A stretch of DNA of 64,000 nucleotides from Eledone cirrhosa (lineage: Eukaryota), in contig OZ024741.1 of the NCBI GenBank assembly GCA_964016885.1, positions 158,286,001 to 158,350,000 of the forward strand, in the 5' to 3' direction. Below are positions 12,911 to 24,959 of this stretch, in pieces (the first letter of the stretch is position 1; the number at the start of each line of letters is the position of its first letter). The notes under the pieces were generated by a model, which was given only the letters and a program-made list of their open reading frames with translations, did no database searches and was not told the DNA's origin. A program made the position numbers and the translations under genes.

Positions 12911-13667
12911 ACCTGCTAAAATCCTGACACACAGATGTGTACCCTACTTTATCAAAGGTCATTATTTCACCCTGCTTTTCATCCTGTAAATTCCTCCACA
13001 TATGTTAAATGCCCGTAACATCACACTTATCTTCCTGCTTCTGAAACCCACCACCACAACCATCTATAGGGCAGAAAAAGCTTTTCAATTGAGACAATGA
13101 TACAAACACTTGAGTGCTGGTGCCACAAATAGGATCCTGTAAAGTGCTTGGTAACAGGAATTGCACCCTACTATAGAAACCATGCCAAAATTCCTCCAAA
13201 ATCTTCATTAATTTGTTGAAATATAATGTATTTCATTAGAAATATGATCACAAAAGGGTTAAGGCCATTTCTTCCTGCCAAAGCAGGGATTAGAGTTGCA
13301 GACTCCATAAATGTCTTCATGCTCATCGTGGGGTCTTTTTAGAAACAATGTTTGTTTTATAGCCAGGTGCCCTTCTTGGTGCTAACCCTTTTCGTCACCT
13401 CTTACAACACGTAAGGATACAGTGTACCTATTCTAAACCAGATGCACACACCAAGAAGTTCTTATATACAGCTTGTCTTAAATTCTGTTATAGCCTGAAG
13501 AACTATAATAAACTGTAGGAGGCTGATGACTGGGGCTTGATGGATGCAAACAGGCGCACTAAATTCCTTGAACTCATGGTTAACTCTCACTGGGCCTATA
13601 GTGAAATCCACTCTATTGTAAACATTTGACTCAGATTTCCGGTTTGTGAGTACCTTCCTTCCCACCA

Positions 13668-13950
13668 GTCTTGCAAGCTCTGAAATGGGTCATAAGTACT
13701 GTACCCCTCTCACTAGTCTTGAAAGCTCTGAAATGGGTCATAAGTACTGTCCCCCTCTCACTAGTCTTGAAAGCTTTGAAAAGGATCATAAGAACAGTCC
13801 CTCATACTAGTCTCAGGGGCCCTGAAATGGGTCACAGGCACTATCCCTCCCTCCCGTCAGTCTCAGAGGCCCTGAAATGGGTCACAGATACCGTTCCTCC
13901 CTCCAATCAGTCTTAGAGGTACTAAAAAGGGTCAGAGGTAATGCCCTCCC
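13668..13950. repeat. 48-bp minisatellite, ~5-6 copies decaying rightwards
   Basis: Unit gtcttgaaagctctgaaatgggtcataagtactgtccccctctcacta; 16-aa periodicity in the overlapping ORF. Confidence 0.9.
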
Positions 13951-14056
13951 CTTTGACTAAACAGTAAAATAAGATAAAAATGTACTAAAGCTATTAATTA
14001 TAGACTGATTTATTAATCAATACATACTATTGGTAGCTACATTGATCAATAATTTA

Positions 14057-14228
14057 TTACATGTAATTGATTTTTAATCTCCTTTCATGTTTAACAATGC
14101 TGAAACACCTTGGCAGCATTAACACCACCACCACCACAAACACGATCACCAGCAATACTCCAATCACAAACATCCTGGATGAACTCACAACACAAGGTGA
14201 AGCACAAATAATGGTGGCAGCATCAAAC
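14057..14228 (-). other. Possible exon encoding a hydrophobic signal or anchor segment
   Basis: Polypyrimidine tract plus ctacag acceptor at 14229 on the minus strand; open frame with MFVIGVLLVIVFVVVVVLMLP; no partner exon found. Confidence 0.25.
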
Positions 14229-14402
14229 CTGTAGAGCAAATATTTATCATTAGAACAAAAAAAAAGTTTAAGCAAATAATTTCTGCTTTCGCCCTAAAGC
14301 GGGATCATCTGAAAATGAGAAATGTCAATCTGAGGAGGCAGAAGTAAATATTAAAAAAAAATTACAACCAAATATTATCTTTGGAAAATAGAAAGAAATA
14401 AT

Positions 14403-14589
14403 TGTTTCTACTTTTGGCACAAGGCCAGCAATTACCCAGTACATTACTGGTACTTTATTTTATCGACCCCATAAGGATGAAAGGCAAAGTTAACCTCGGC
14501 GGGATTTGAACTCAGAATGCAAAGGGCCGTAACTCTATGCGTCAAAGCATGGCGTCCAACCCTCTACCGATACTGCCAATTCACCGCCC
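14403..14589 (-). mobile_element. Full-length SINE family A with 14-bp TSD
   Basis: TSD tagaaagaaataat at 14389-14402 and 14590-14603; A and B boxes intact. Confidence 0.95.
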
Positions 14590-14787
14590 TAGAAAGAAAT
14601 AATGGTGGCACATGAAGATGTTCTCTTGCGATGTGGCAAAATGTATGCAAGGAGAATTATATCATTAAGTGAAGCGGAAAGAACAAATTCTTGCTACAAA
14701 AAAATCAGGAGACTAATTTTCTTTTTAGAATAGTTGAATATTTTCCAGCTACCATATATGTAAAATGATATTAATAGAAGTAATCAA

Positions 14788-15626
14788 GTGCCCACAAAAT
14801 ACTAGCTCTTTCAATTGCGCAGAGGGTTCTATAGAAATAGTGGACAGTTTCCGTTACCTGGGTGATAAAATCAGCAGTGGGGGAGGGTGCTCTGAAAGTA
14901 CAGTAGCTAGAGTCAGAACTGGTTGGAAAAAGTTCAGAGAGCTTATACCACTATTAGCTGCTAAAGGGTTCTCCCTAAAAATGAAAGGCAGGTTGTACGA
15001 TGCCTGCATACGAACAGCAATGTTGCATGGCAGTGAGACCTGGGCATTGTGTGCAGAGGATATACGCAGACTAGAGAGGAACGAAGCTTGCATGCTCCGC
15101 TGGATGTGTAACAGTAATATACGTGAACGGCAAAGCATAAACGAACTAAGGAAAAAATTAGAAATAAGAGGGATCAGATGTTGTTTACTCGAGAGAAGGC
15201 TACGTTGGTATGGACATGTGATGCGCATGAAAGTCGATAGCTGTATAACAAAGTGCAGGGCAATAAAGATAGACGGTAGCCACGGAATAGGCAGACCTAG
15301 AAAAACCTGGGACGAGCTGATAAACTCCGACCTCACACACTTACACCTCTCCAAGACAATGTCACTGGACCGAGACCTTTGGCGGTACTCAGTAACAGAG
15401 AAGACCCGCCTTACCTAAATACATAGTAAAACCTACTACAGCCAGTAGGCATCTCTAACAAAATACCCCCCCAAAGCAGGGATTAGAGTTGCAGACTGTA
15501 GAAAACCTGCCAGACAGTCCTATGCGAGCAAGACAATCACTCTTGCCTCAAGTGGGACTACCCCCGTCCAAACCCATGCAAGCGTGGAACACGGACGTTA
15601 AACGTTGATGATGATGATGATGATGA
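14788..15626 (+). mobile_element. 5'-truncated RTE LINE (C-terminal part of ORF 14765-15418, UTR, (GAT)n)
   Basis: FRYLGD, MLHGSETW, RRLRWYGHVMR and GRPRKTWDE motifs typical of the RTE ORF C-terminus. Confidence 0.93.
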
Positions 15627-15679
15627 ATATGATTATAACATAAAGATGCTGAAGATATTAATAATAGTAAAAATAATAA

Positions 15680-16520
15680 TAGTTTCTACTTTTGGCACAA
15701 GGCCAACAATTACCCCAGTGCATTACTGGTGCTTTATTTTATCGATCCTGTAAGGATGAAAAGCAAAGTTAACCTCAGCGGGATTTGAACTCAGAACGTA
15801 AAAGGCCGTAACTCTATGCTGCAAAGCATGGTGTCTGATGCTCTACCGATACTGCCAATCTACTGCAATAATAACAATAATGAAAGTAGTAATATTAATG
15901 GTTTCTGATTTAGGCACAAGGCCATCAGTTTTGGGGAGGGGAATGTTGATTAAATCAAGTCCAGTGCATTACTGGTACTTTATTTTATCGGTAACGCACT
16001 GGGGTCGATTTAATCGGGATTCCCCTCCCCCACAAAATGATGGCCTTGTGCCTAAATCAGAAACCATTATTATTATTATTTTTACTATTATTAATAACTT
16101 CAGTAACTTTTTCTGAATAATGATGATGGTTTCTGATTTAGGCATAACTTTGGAGGAGTGGAAAGTCAATTAAATGAACCCCAGTGTGTTACTAGTACTT
16201 TATTTTATTGACCCCATAAGATAAAGCTATCCTCTGTGGGATTTAAACTCAGAACATAAAGGGCCATAACTTTATGCTGCAAAGAATATTGCCCGATGCT
16301 CTACTGATACTGTTAATCCACCATAGTAATAATTGTTTCTACTTTTGGTACAAAGCCAGCAATTACCCAATACATTACTGGTACTTTATTTTATCGACCC
16401 CGTAAGGATGAAAGGCAAAGTTAACCTCGGTGGCATTTGAACTCAGAATGGCGTGGGCCAGAACTCTATGCGTCAAAGCATGGCGTCCAACCCGCTACCG
16501 ATACTGCCAATCCACCATAG
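15680..16520 (-). mobile_element. Cluster of family-A SINEs: three minus-strand copies and one palindromic tail dimer at 15896-16069
   Basis: Repeated gtttctacttttggcacaaggcc ... ctctaccgatactgccaatc units separated by (TAA)n. Confidence 0.9.
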
Positions 16521-16751
16521 TAATAATAATAATAATAATGGTTTCTTTATTTATTATATACATGTACACATACATATATAAATACAGATATACATACTCA
16601 CATATACATATATATACACATACACACACACACACAGTTTGATTGCTCTTTGGTTCTATATCCGTTCTGCGGGAGGCAATTTGTTTTGTCTCTACAGTTA
16701 CACTCAGTTATATCTATTCTAGTTTGTTGTGTGGTTGCTCTACTGTTGCTA

Positions 16752-17120
16752 TGCTTGAGGAAAAATATAGTATATCAGTGCACTGTAATAACAAGCAATA
16801 GAACATATAGATACATATGATCCACACCAACAAAATTCAAGAAAAGATGGTATAACCATAAACATACTTTTAACAGTATAGACAAGAAGAAATGTACTAC
16901 CTTATCTGAATTGATCTGGCGCCTCATGAATGAGAATATGAAACATGCACTATCTTGGACTGCATTAAAAATAGCACATCCATACAAGGGAGTGGGACTG
17001 GGTGACACGTGCGATTTATGCACGACTGAGGCTATGGAAATTATTAGGGCAGGGGATAAAGTTATCAACAGAAGAACAAACATATTCAATATATATACAC
17101 ATAAATTAAGACATTTATAA
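16752..17120 (+). pseudogene. Penelope-like element GIY-YIG endonuclease C-terminus, degenerate
   Basis: In frame: CLRKNIVYQCTV..YI*ST..FKKRWYNHK..TTLSELIW..CDLCTTE..INRR, the PLE GIY-YIG pattern with a stop at the YIG glycine. Confidence 0.85.
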
Positions 17121-17401
17121 GATTATATGGGTAAACCTATAACTCTGCAATGGAAATAAAATAATTGTATATAAAAAGTTAAACCGAAACATAATTACGT
17201 ATAGGACTATAAATAAAATAATGAAATTAATTAAATAGATTAAACTAATGACAGTTATGAAATCGAACTACAGAGAGCCATGGTATTGCGATGCATGGTA
17301 TTGCTGGCCATAGGCAAGTCCCTAGCAGGACTAAAAAGCCACATCTGTGATGCTCATGCTTAAGTATCAAGCGATAGCATTACTCGAAATCGAGGTGCAT
17401 C

Positions 17402-17402
<1 letters not shown>

Positions 17403-17483
<81 letters not shown>

Positions 17484-17490
17484 TATATAG
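17403..17490. repeat. (TA)n microsatellite
   Basis: Direct observation. Confidence 0.98.
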
Positions 17491-17539
17491 CATTCTATAG
17501 TTTTCCAAAGCTGAAGCCTATAGACAGTATGACCCCACC

Positions 17540-17822
17540 ACATCCTCCCACTGTAAAGTGGTCGTGTAGGTATCATGACAAAAAAGCACCCAGTCAACGC
17601 TGTAAAGTGGTTGTGTAGGTGCCATGTAAAAAGTACCCAGTACTCACTGTAAATGAGGTTGGTGTTAGGAAGGGCATCCAGCTTTAGAAGTTAAGCAAAA
17701 ATCAGTTCTGTATGAACAAGATATGGTCACCTGACCTGGCATTGCCCACAACAGAACAACTGAACACCCATGCTAGCGTGGAAGAATGAATGTAAAACGG
17801 TGATGATGATAAAGATGATGAT
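17540..17822 (+). mobile_element. RTE 3'UTR fragment
   Basis: ggttggtgttaggaagggcatccagc ... cccatgctagcgtggaaga ... gatgatgat. Confidence 0.8.
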
Positions 17823-17864
17823 ATATGTGTGTGTATATGTATATATCTAAAGTATGTCTTAAGC

Positions 17865-18105
17865 CAGAAGGCTCATTTGGCCGGTGCTTATCCCGGTTTC
17901 ATGGTGTGAAGCAACTGGACAGGATGGCAGTCCATCACAGGGTTTAACCCCCAGCTATTGCAGGTACTCATTTTCAGCTGAGTATACTGGAGCAACGTGA
18001 AATGAAGTGTTTTGCTCAAGAACACAACACACAACCCAGGAATCAAACCCACAACATTATGATCGTAAGTCCAACACCCTTACCACAAGGCCACATGCCT
18101 CCAAG
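17865..18105 (-). mobile_element. tRNA-derived SINE, family B-related with a different tail
   Basis: Minus-strand head ggaggcatgtggccttgtggtaagg ... ggtttgattcc; core cttgagcaaaacacttcatttcacgttgctccag. Confidence 0.8.
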
Positions 18106-18357
18106 ACTCTCACACTTACATCCACGCATACACACACACACCCCACCTTCCGCCATCCCTGCTGGGAGTCCATTTCTCCTTCCCCCTCTCTCCCACTCCA
18201 CCCACCCCTTATGCAACACCACACCCATGCCTCCCCAGATCCATACACCCCTCTCACTTTTTGATATTCTGTTGTTTTTTTTTAAACTTCTGTTTTCCTT
18301 ATATATTCGATTTTTTTCCACTTGATGTTCTATATTCATTATTATTTCTATTCCTAA

Positions 18358-18527
18358 GGGTGGTGGTTTGGCAGTATCGGTAGAGGGTCGGACAATATGC
18401 TTTGTAGCACAGAGTTACGCTCCTTTCTGATCTGAGTTCAAATCCTGCCGAGGTTAACTTTGCCTTTCATCCTTACGGGGTCGATAAAATAAAGTACCAG
18501 TAATGCACTGAGTAATTGCTGGCCTTT
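18358..18527 (+). mobile_element. SINE family A
   Basis: Matches the family consensus, including A and B boxes. Confidence 0.9.
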
Positions 18528-18719
18528 CATGTTTTTCCCACTAACTCCCACCTCACTGCTTCTAATGAAGGGCTTATGTCAGAAACGTCGTAACCACCCC
18601 TCTCCACTCTCACCAAGCGTGAACCTAATAATAATATGTAACATTTACTACTGCGTTTTTTTGTTTTTTGTTTTCTGTTTTTTTGTTTTCTGTTTTTCTG
18701 TTATTTCGAACTATATATG

Positions 18720-19036
18720 TATCATCATCATCATTTCATTTTACGTCCGCTTTTTCCCTGCTTGCAAGGGTGGGACGGGAACTGATTTGGGCTTGATTTC
18801 TACAGCTGCATGCCCTTCCTAACACCAACCTCATTTACAGTGAGTGCTGGGTGCTTTTTTTGCCGTGGCACCTCCACGACCACTTTGCAGTGGAATGATA
18901 GGGACCCCAGTAAACTGGAGCAATGTGAAATAAAGTGTCTTGCTCAAGGAAACAACACATCACCCAGTCTGAGAATTGAACTCACAACCTTTCGATTGCA
19001 AGGCCAATGCTCTAACCACTAAGCCATGTGCCTCCA
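18720..19036 (-). mobile_element. SINE family B with RTE-derived tail
   Basis: tRNA-like head ggcacatggcttagtggttagagcattggccttgcaatcgaaaggttgtgagttcaattc; tail nearly identical to the RTE UTR; near-identical copy at 33079-33415. Confidence 0.9.
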
Positions 19037-19993
19037 TCATATATATATATATTCCAAACCCATGCTAGCGTGGAAGATGGACGTTAAACGATGATGATGA
19101 TGATGATGATGATGATATATATATGTGTGTGTATTTATCTATATATCTATTTATTCATACACACATACATATTCACAGGCTACATATGTCAATATTCCCT
19201 GATCTAACAGACCACTATTAACCATATCCTATACACACATACACACACATATGTATATATATATATATACACACAGACATATATCAATATTCCCAGAGCT
19301 AACAAGTCAATGAACTGTTTCAACAAATAGACATGTAAATAAGATTTAATTGTATTGATAGTTTTTTCTCTCACAATGGCAATCTAACAGGATTTTATAT
19401 ATTATTTCTACTACAGCCTACTCATAAAGAAGTATAATAATATTGTTGTTGTGGTTTTTGATAAGTGATACATTGGTAGAGTTGTTCAGGGATTAAATTG
19501 AATTATTTGTTCCAGCTCATTGGAGTCAAGGTGCATATGTCCTAATTGTTAGCGTTATGAACTTAAAATCAAAAAGTCGTGGGTGCAGTTTCTGGACTAG
19601 GTGATATATTGTGTTTTTGAGCAAGATGTTTCATTTCACGTCACTTTTCATTCAAGTGTGGGAATGTATATAAATGATATGCCCCTCCCTCCAGACACAC
19701 ACATATCTGGCCTCACTGAGAGGTCAGTAGTTCTGTTTAGGTACTGAATTGGTCTGTGACAACTTGTTTAACCTTTGCCCCAACAAAAAACGGATATTTA
19801 TCATTAAAACACCTGAGAAATCTCTTATGAGATACTTCCGAATAGGCTGTCAGATAAACTGGAAAAGGTGTGAGATGTAAATTTTTATTTTCACCTCACT
19901 GCACTGCTACTGAAGTCTGCCTTTCATCCTTTTGCGATTAATAAATAAAGTACCAGTTTAGGGGTGGAGGATTGTTAAAGATTTGGACATAAT

Positions 19994-20120
19994 TGTTTCT
20001 ACTTTTGGCACACGGCCAGCAATTACCCAGTATATTACTGGTACTTTATTTTATCGACCTCGTAAGGATGAAAGGCAAAGTTAACCACGGCGGGATTTGA
20101 ACTCATAATGGAAAAGGCCG
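19994..20120 (-). mobile_element. 5'-truncated SINE family A with 18-bp TSD, nested in an older SINE
   Basis: taaagatttggacataat at 19976-19993 and 20121-20138. Confidence 0.9.
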
Positions 20121-20383
20121 TAAAGATTTGGACATAATGCTTTGTGGTATCTGTTCTGGCATTATGTGTTCTAAGTTCAAACCCTACCCTTTTCTATCAA
20201 CTGGTAGATGATATCAGCAATGGAAAGTCCAATGGAAATATTGCTTCTTTGGTCCAATCTAAGGATTGGTTCCTTTCATTTCTTCTTTTGTTGTTGTTGA
20301 TTGTTTAGGGCTGGTGGTTCAAAATTGAAAAGGAGCTGAGAAGTTTCTTTGAAGTATACATATGTATATTTATATATATACAT

Positions 20384-21925
20384 TAGAAAACTAGTAGCAG
20401 ATGAGTGGCTTGTGAAAGCTGTACAACCCATGTTTAGAGGTTCCTCTAAGCAGTCAGTCAGCAAGATTAAAATTAACAATGACTATAGTGAAGAATTTAG
20501 CATGCAGGTAGGAGAACATCAAGAATCCATTCCCAGCTCTCTCTTGTTTATAATCCTCCTGCAGGCTATAACAGAAGATTTTAAGACTGGCTCCCCAAAG
20601 TAGCTTCTGTATGCTGATGATCTAACACTTATAGCTGAATTGATGGCAGGTCTAGAGAAGAAATTTTAAACATGGAAGCAAGGCCTAGGATCTAACGGTG
20701 TTAAAATTAACCTGGCAAAGACCAAAAACCTAGTTTGTAGAAAGGATAACAGGGCCCAGATTCTCTCAGGGAAATGGCCCTGCTCAGAGTGCAGGAAAGG
20801 AAATTCCATCCTATGCCCCAAATGCAGTGGGATTTCAGCAAAGAACGCTGGTTTCATATGTGGTCATTGCACAGGTGCAGTAGGTAGCAACAGCCCACGG
20901 GATACTAACTCCTTTAAATGCCTAGAGGGCTCAGTAGAAGTAGTTGATAATTTCTATTATCTGAGTGACCAAACTATCAGTGGAGGTGGATGTTCTGAAA
21001 GTACTTTAGCTAAAGTGAGAATGTGATGGAGAAAGTTCAGGGAGCTACTACCGCTGCTAACCACAAAAGATTTTTTTCTCAAAATGAAGAGCCGATTGTA
21101 TGATGCATGTATAAAAATGGCAATGTTGCATGGTAGTGAGACCTGAGCACTGTGTGCAGAGGGCCTATGAAGATTGGAAAGAAATTACGCTTCCCTGCTT
21201 CAATGGATATGTAATAGTAATATATATGAACAGTAAAGTATAAATGAACTGAGAGAGAAATTGGACATAAGAGGGATCAGATGCAGTGTGTAGGAGAGGA
21301 GAATGTGTTGGTATGGACATACAATGCATATGAAGGATGACAGCTGTATAAAAAGGTGCAAAGTGCTCAAAGTTGATGGAAGTTATGGTGTAGGAAGACC
21401 TAGAAATCTTGGGATAAGGTAATAAAAGCAGACCTTGCACAATTGCACCTCTCAAAGGACTGAGATCTCTGGCGTTATGCAGAAGACCCGCCTTCCCATG
21501 TGCACTGGTTGAATCATACATATTGCATGCAATACCTTCCTCCTCCCCCTTCCATATACCTCCAAGTCCTGACACCCCTCCCTTTGTTCATGTCTCTCCT
21601 CCTCTTGCACCTCATACATCCTAACACTCCACTATACTCGAAAATACATCCCTAGATCTACCTCCTCAACACTCCATGTCCCCAGCCCACACAGTAAAGT
21701 GATCGTGATGGTAACACAGCAATAAGCACCCAGCCCATACTGTAAATGTTAATGGTGTTAGGAAGGACATCCAACCATAGAAACCAAGCCAAAACCAATC
21801 ATGTATGAGCAAGGCATGGTCATCTGAGCTGGCTTGTCTCACAATGGGACAACCCATCTAACCCATGCTAGCATGGAAAAATGGACAGTAAATGGTGATG
21901 ATGATGATGTTGATGATGATGATGA
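20384..21925 (+). mobile_element. Degenerate RTE LINE (RT through 3' tail)
   Basis: LYADDL, GKWPCSEC, MLHGSET and GRPR motifs with stops and frameshifts; (GAT)n tail. Confidence 0.9.
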
Positions 21926-22291
21926 TATATATATATAAAAATATATTACACACACACATATATGCATGTATGCATGTGTGTGAGCATATACACACAAGTA
22001 TTGATGCATACACACTACCATCACCATTGTAACCAAGACCATCACCAACACCACAACGTCCCTCCATAATATCAATAACTATTATCGTAAATAACATCAA
22101 TTGTTTGCATAAATAAGCTGCAAAACAGACTTGTTAAATATCTGCATTGTGTAAAGTCACGCAATGAATTAGCAGAATCATTAGAACATCACATAGCATT
22201 ATCGTCCTGTACCGTTCTGTGCCATCTGTAATGTTTTTCTTCATGTTAGCCCTTGTGGCCAATAGAGAAACCATTATTAAAATAAAGAAAC

Positions 22292-22335
<44 letters not shown>

Positions 22336-22338
<3 letters not shown>

Positions 22339-23790
22339 TTTGAGTCTCAGTCATTAATATTATTTATGGTGGATTGGCAGTATCGGTAGAGGGTCGGACG
22401 CCATGCTTTCAAGCATAGTTACGTCCCTTTACGATCTGAGTTCAAATCCCGCCGAGGTTGACTTTCTTTGCCTTTCATCCTTACGGGGTCGATAAAATAA
22501 AGTACCAGTAATGCACTGGGTAATTGCTGGCCTTGTGCCTAAAGTAGAAACAATTATTTAACTGGAAAGTTTGTTGAAATGAATATTAAGCCGCTACCTG
22601 CAGCCTCAGATATTCAGGATGTATCGGAGGGTTCTTGCTGTTCCCAGCAAGCATGCCTTTTGAAGTGTTCCAAAACGCGGTGCTGGACAAATCTTATTTA
22701 ATCGTCCTTGGAAACTCTTTGAGATAGTACCTAGCGTGCCTATGACAATCGGGACGACCTTGATTTCATGGCAGTTCCAAATCCTTTTTAACTCCCACTT
22801 TAAGTCCTGGTATTGGTTAATTTCCTCCCTCTCCTTTTCTTGCACTCTTGTGTCAAATGGGCAGGCTACATCTACAATCAGGCACAATCTTTTTTCCTTG
22901 TCCAAAACCACCAGGTCAGGCCTATTGTGTTCTAATTTCTTGTCCGTCTGTATCCTAAAATTCCATAGCACCTTCACCTGATCGTTTTCTATCACATCTC
23001 TGCCTATCACATCATGTCTCCAGCCTTTATAGTGAGTCTGGGATAGGTGTTTACACTCGGATACAATGTGAGCCACAGTCTCCTGTCTCTCTCCACAGAT
23101 CCTACAGAGTGAGCTAGCCTCCTCCTTGTCAATATGGTGTTTCACCCACTTTGTTCTGAGGGCTTGCTCTTGCGCAGCCATTAACATTCCTTCTGTTGCT
23201 TTTTTAAGGTCTCTTCTTTTTAACCAGTTCCATGTCTGTGGATCTATAAATTCAGTTTTCTTAAAGAAGGTACTATGAAGGGATTTTTCATGAAGGTTGC
23301 TCTTCCTCCTTGTTATTTCCTCCTTGGACATCCCCTGGTCTATTGTCTTCTCCTTCAGTACAATTTTGAGCATTGGCTCCCTACTGTCAGTCACATATTT
23401 GTGCAGGTTGTTTTTCTCCATCTGAACACATTCCTCTATACTGATAAGACCTCTTCCACCTTCAGATCTCTTTAAGTAGAGTCTATCGACATCACTCCTC
23501 TTGTGGAACATGTAGATAGCCAATAGCTTCCTAGTCTTCCTATCCATTTCTTTTTGTTCAGCAACATTCCATTTCAGAATTCCTGCACTGTACCTAATAA
23601 TAGACACAGCTCGGGAATTCACTGCATTTATGACATTCCTACTATTCAGATGTGATTTTAATATGCTCCTTACTCTCCTTATGTACTCAGATCTTATCAA
23701 TTCCTTCATTTTTTTGCTCTTGATGTCATCTGCCTCCAGAACACCTAAATATTTGTATCCCTCTTCAGTGTCAATTTCCTTTACCATCTC
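22336..23790 (-). mobile_element. 5'-truncated R4/Dong-type LINE (393-aa ORF 22606-23787), 3'UTR interrupted by a SINE
   Basis: YKYLG, CRIC..H..EC zinc knuckle and RPDLV..DVACP..KE REL endonuclease; 3' end in (TAA)n; internal deletion relative to the 41237-44137 copy. Confidence 0.92.
22367..22552 (+). mobile_element. SINE family A inserted in the Dong 3'UTR
   Basis: The uninterrupted UTR is visible at 36424-36500; tattattta flanks both sides of the SINE. Confidence 0.9.
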
Positions 23791-23794
23791 ACCT

Positions 23795-24335
23795 GCTGCC
23801 TTCTTTTGGCCAGGAAGGGCAGGAAATTTTCCTCTGTCTGGTGGCAGTAGCGAAAGAGGTTGAATGGTGGACGAGGTTGAAAGGACTGAAGACAGACACT
23901 TTTCTCTTCGGCCAATCCCTCATCAACTTTTTCAAGTTTCACTTGGAAAGGAAGGTGAGGGTTGAGAGAGAAGTGCTGTCCCCCAGTACATTTGCTGAAA
24001 GGTGGGTGAATGTGGCGAGAATGGCCCGTGTGAGTGGGCCTACTCTGGTCATGCGGCTGTAGGTGGGTAAATATGAGGAAGAAAGGGGTGCCCTTCCAGG
24101 GGGCTCTCGAAGCGTCGGGTCATTCAGGATTGGTGGGGTACCTGAGCGAACCCTGGGTGGTCATCCCCCCTATTGGGGAATTTTTCTTGTATTTTTATCG
24201 TTACTTTGTTATTGTTATTCATATTGTTTACTCGATTTTTCTGTAAAACCCCACTGTCCCAGTCTTTTGTATTGTCCCCTATATGTCGACCCTTGTGGCC
24301 AATAAATGAAATCATAATTATTATTATTATTATTA
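23795..24335 (+). mobile_element. Tx1/L1-like LINE 3' end
   Basis: SLINFFKFHL..RVEREVL..ERWV..ARMARV C-terminus and a UTR ending cccttgtggccaataa..(TAT)n; related copy at 44507-44835. Confidence 0.65.
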
Positions 24336-24342
24336 ATATTAA

Positions 24343-24540
24343 GGGCGGTGGATTGGCAGTATCGGTAGAGGGTTGGACACCATGCCTTGACACATTGAGT
24401 TACGGCCCTTGCCATTCTGAGTTCAAATCCCGCCGAGGTTAACTTTGCCTTTCCTCCTTACGGGTTCGATTAAATAAAGTACCAGTAATACACTGGGGTA
24501 ATAGCTGGCCTTGTGCCAAAAGTAGAAACAATTATTATTA
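24343..24540 (+). mobile_element. SINE family A
   Basis: Full consensus with (TAT)n on both sides. Confidence 0.9.
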
Positions 24541-24574
24541 TTAATATTATTATTATTATTATGCCCCACTGCCT

Positions 24575-24705
24575 TCCACCAACACCATCACCACTACCAC
24601 CACCACTACCACTACCACTATCATCACCATCACCATCACTACTACCACCACCACTACCACCGCCATCATTATCATCAACCCCATCGTCACCTCCATCAAC
24701 ACCAC
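24575..24705. repeat. (CCA/CTA/TCA)n low-complexity tract
   Basis: Direct observation. Confidence 0.85.
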
Positions 24706-24959
24706 AGCAAACTCAAAAAGCACCAACAACATGTGAATCACAGACTCAATACACAGCGATAGACACAAACAAAAAGAAACTCATTAATTACATACAACAC
24801 AACACCAACATCACAGAAACAAATTACATACAAACCCCCAAAATTGCACCTCCCACACATAAAAATAATTGATATTTCACACAAAACTTATACAGCTTTT
24901 AAAAAAAAGTTCAAAAAAGCAATTGGAGACTATCAAAGGACTCTCTCGAAGAGAATATA

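Noticed and set aside
18955-19036. tRNA gene (also 33340-33415 and the family-A heads)
   Set aside because: A and B boxes are present, but there is no proper acceptor stem and each is fused to a SINE body
24513-24872. Proline-rich extensin-like ORF
   Set aside because: Starts in a SINE tail and runs through a (CCA)n tract
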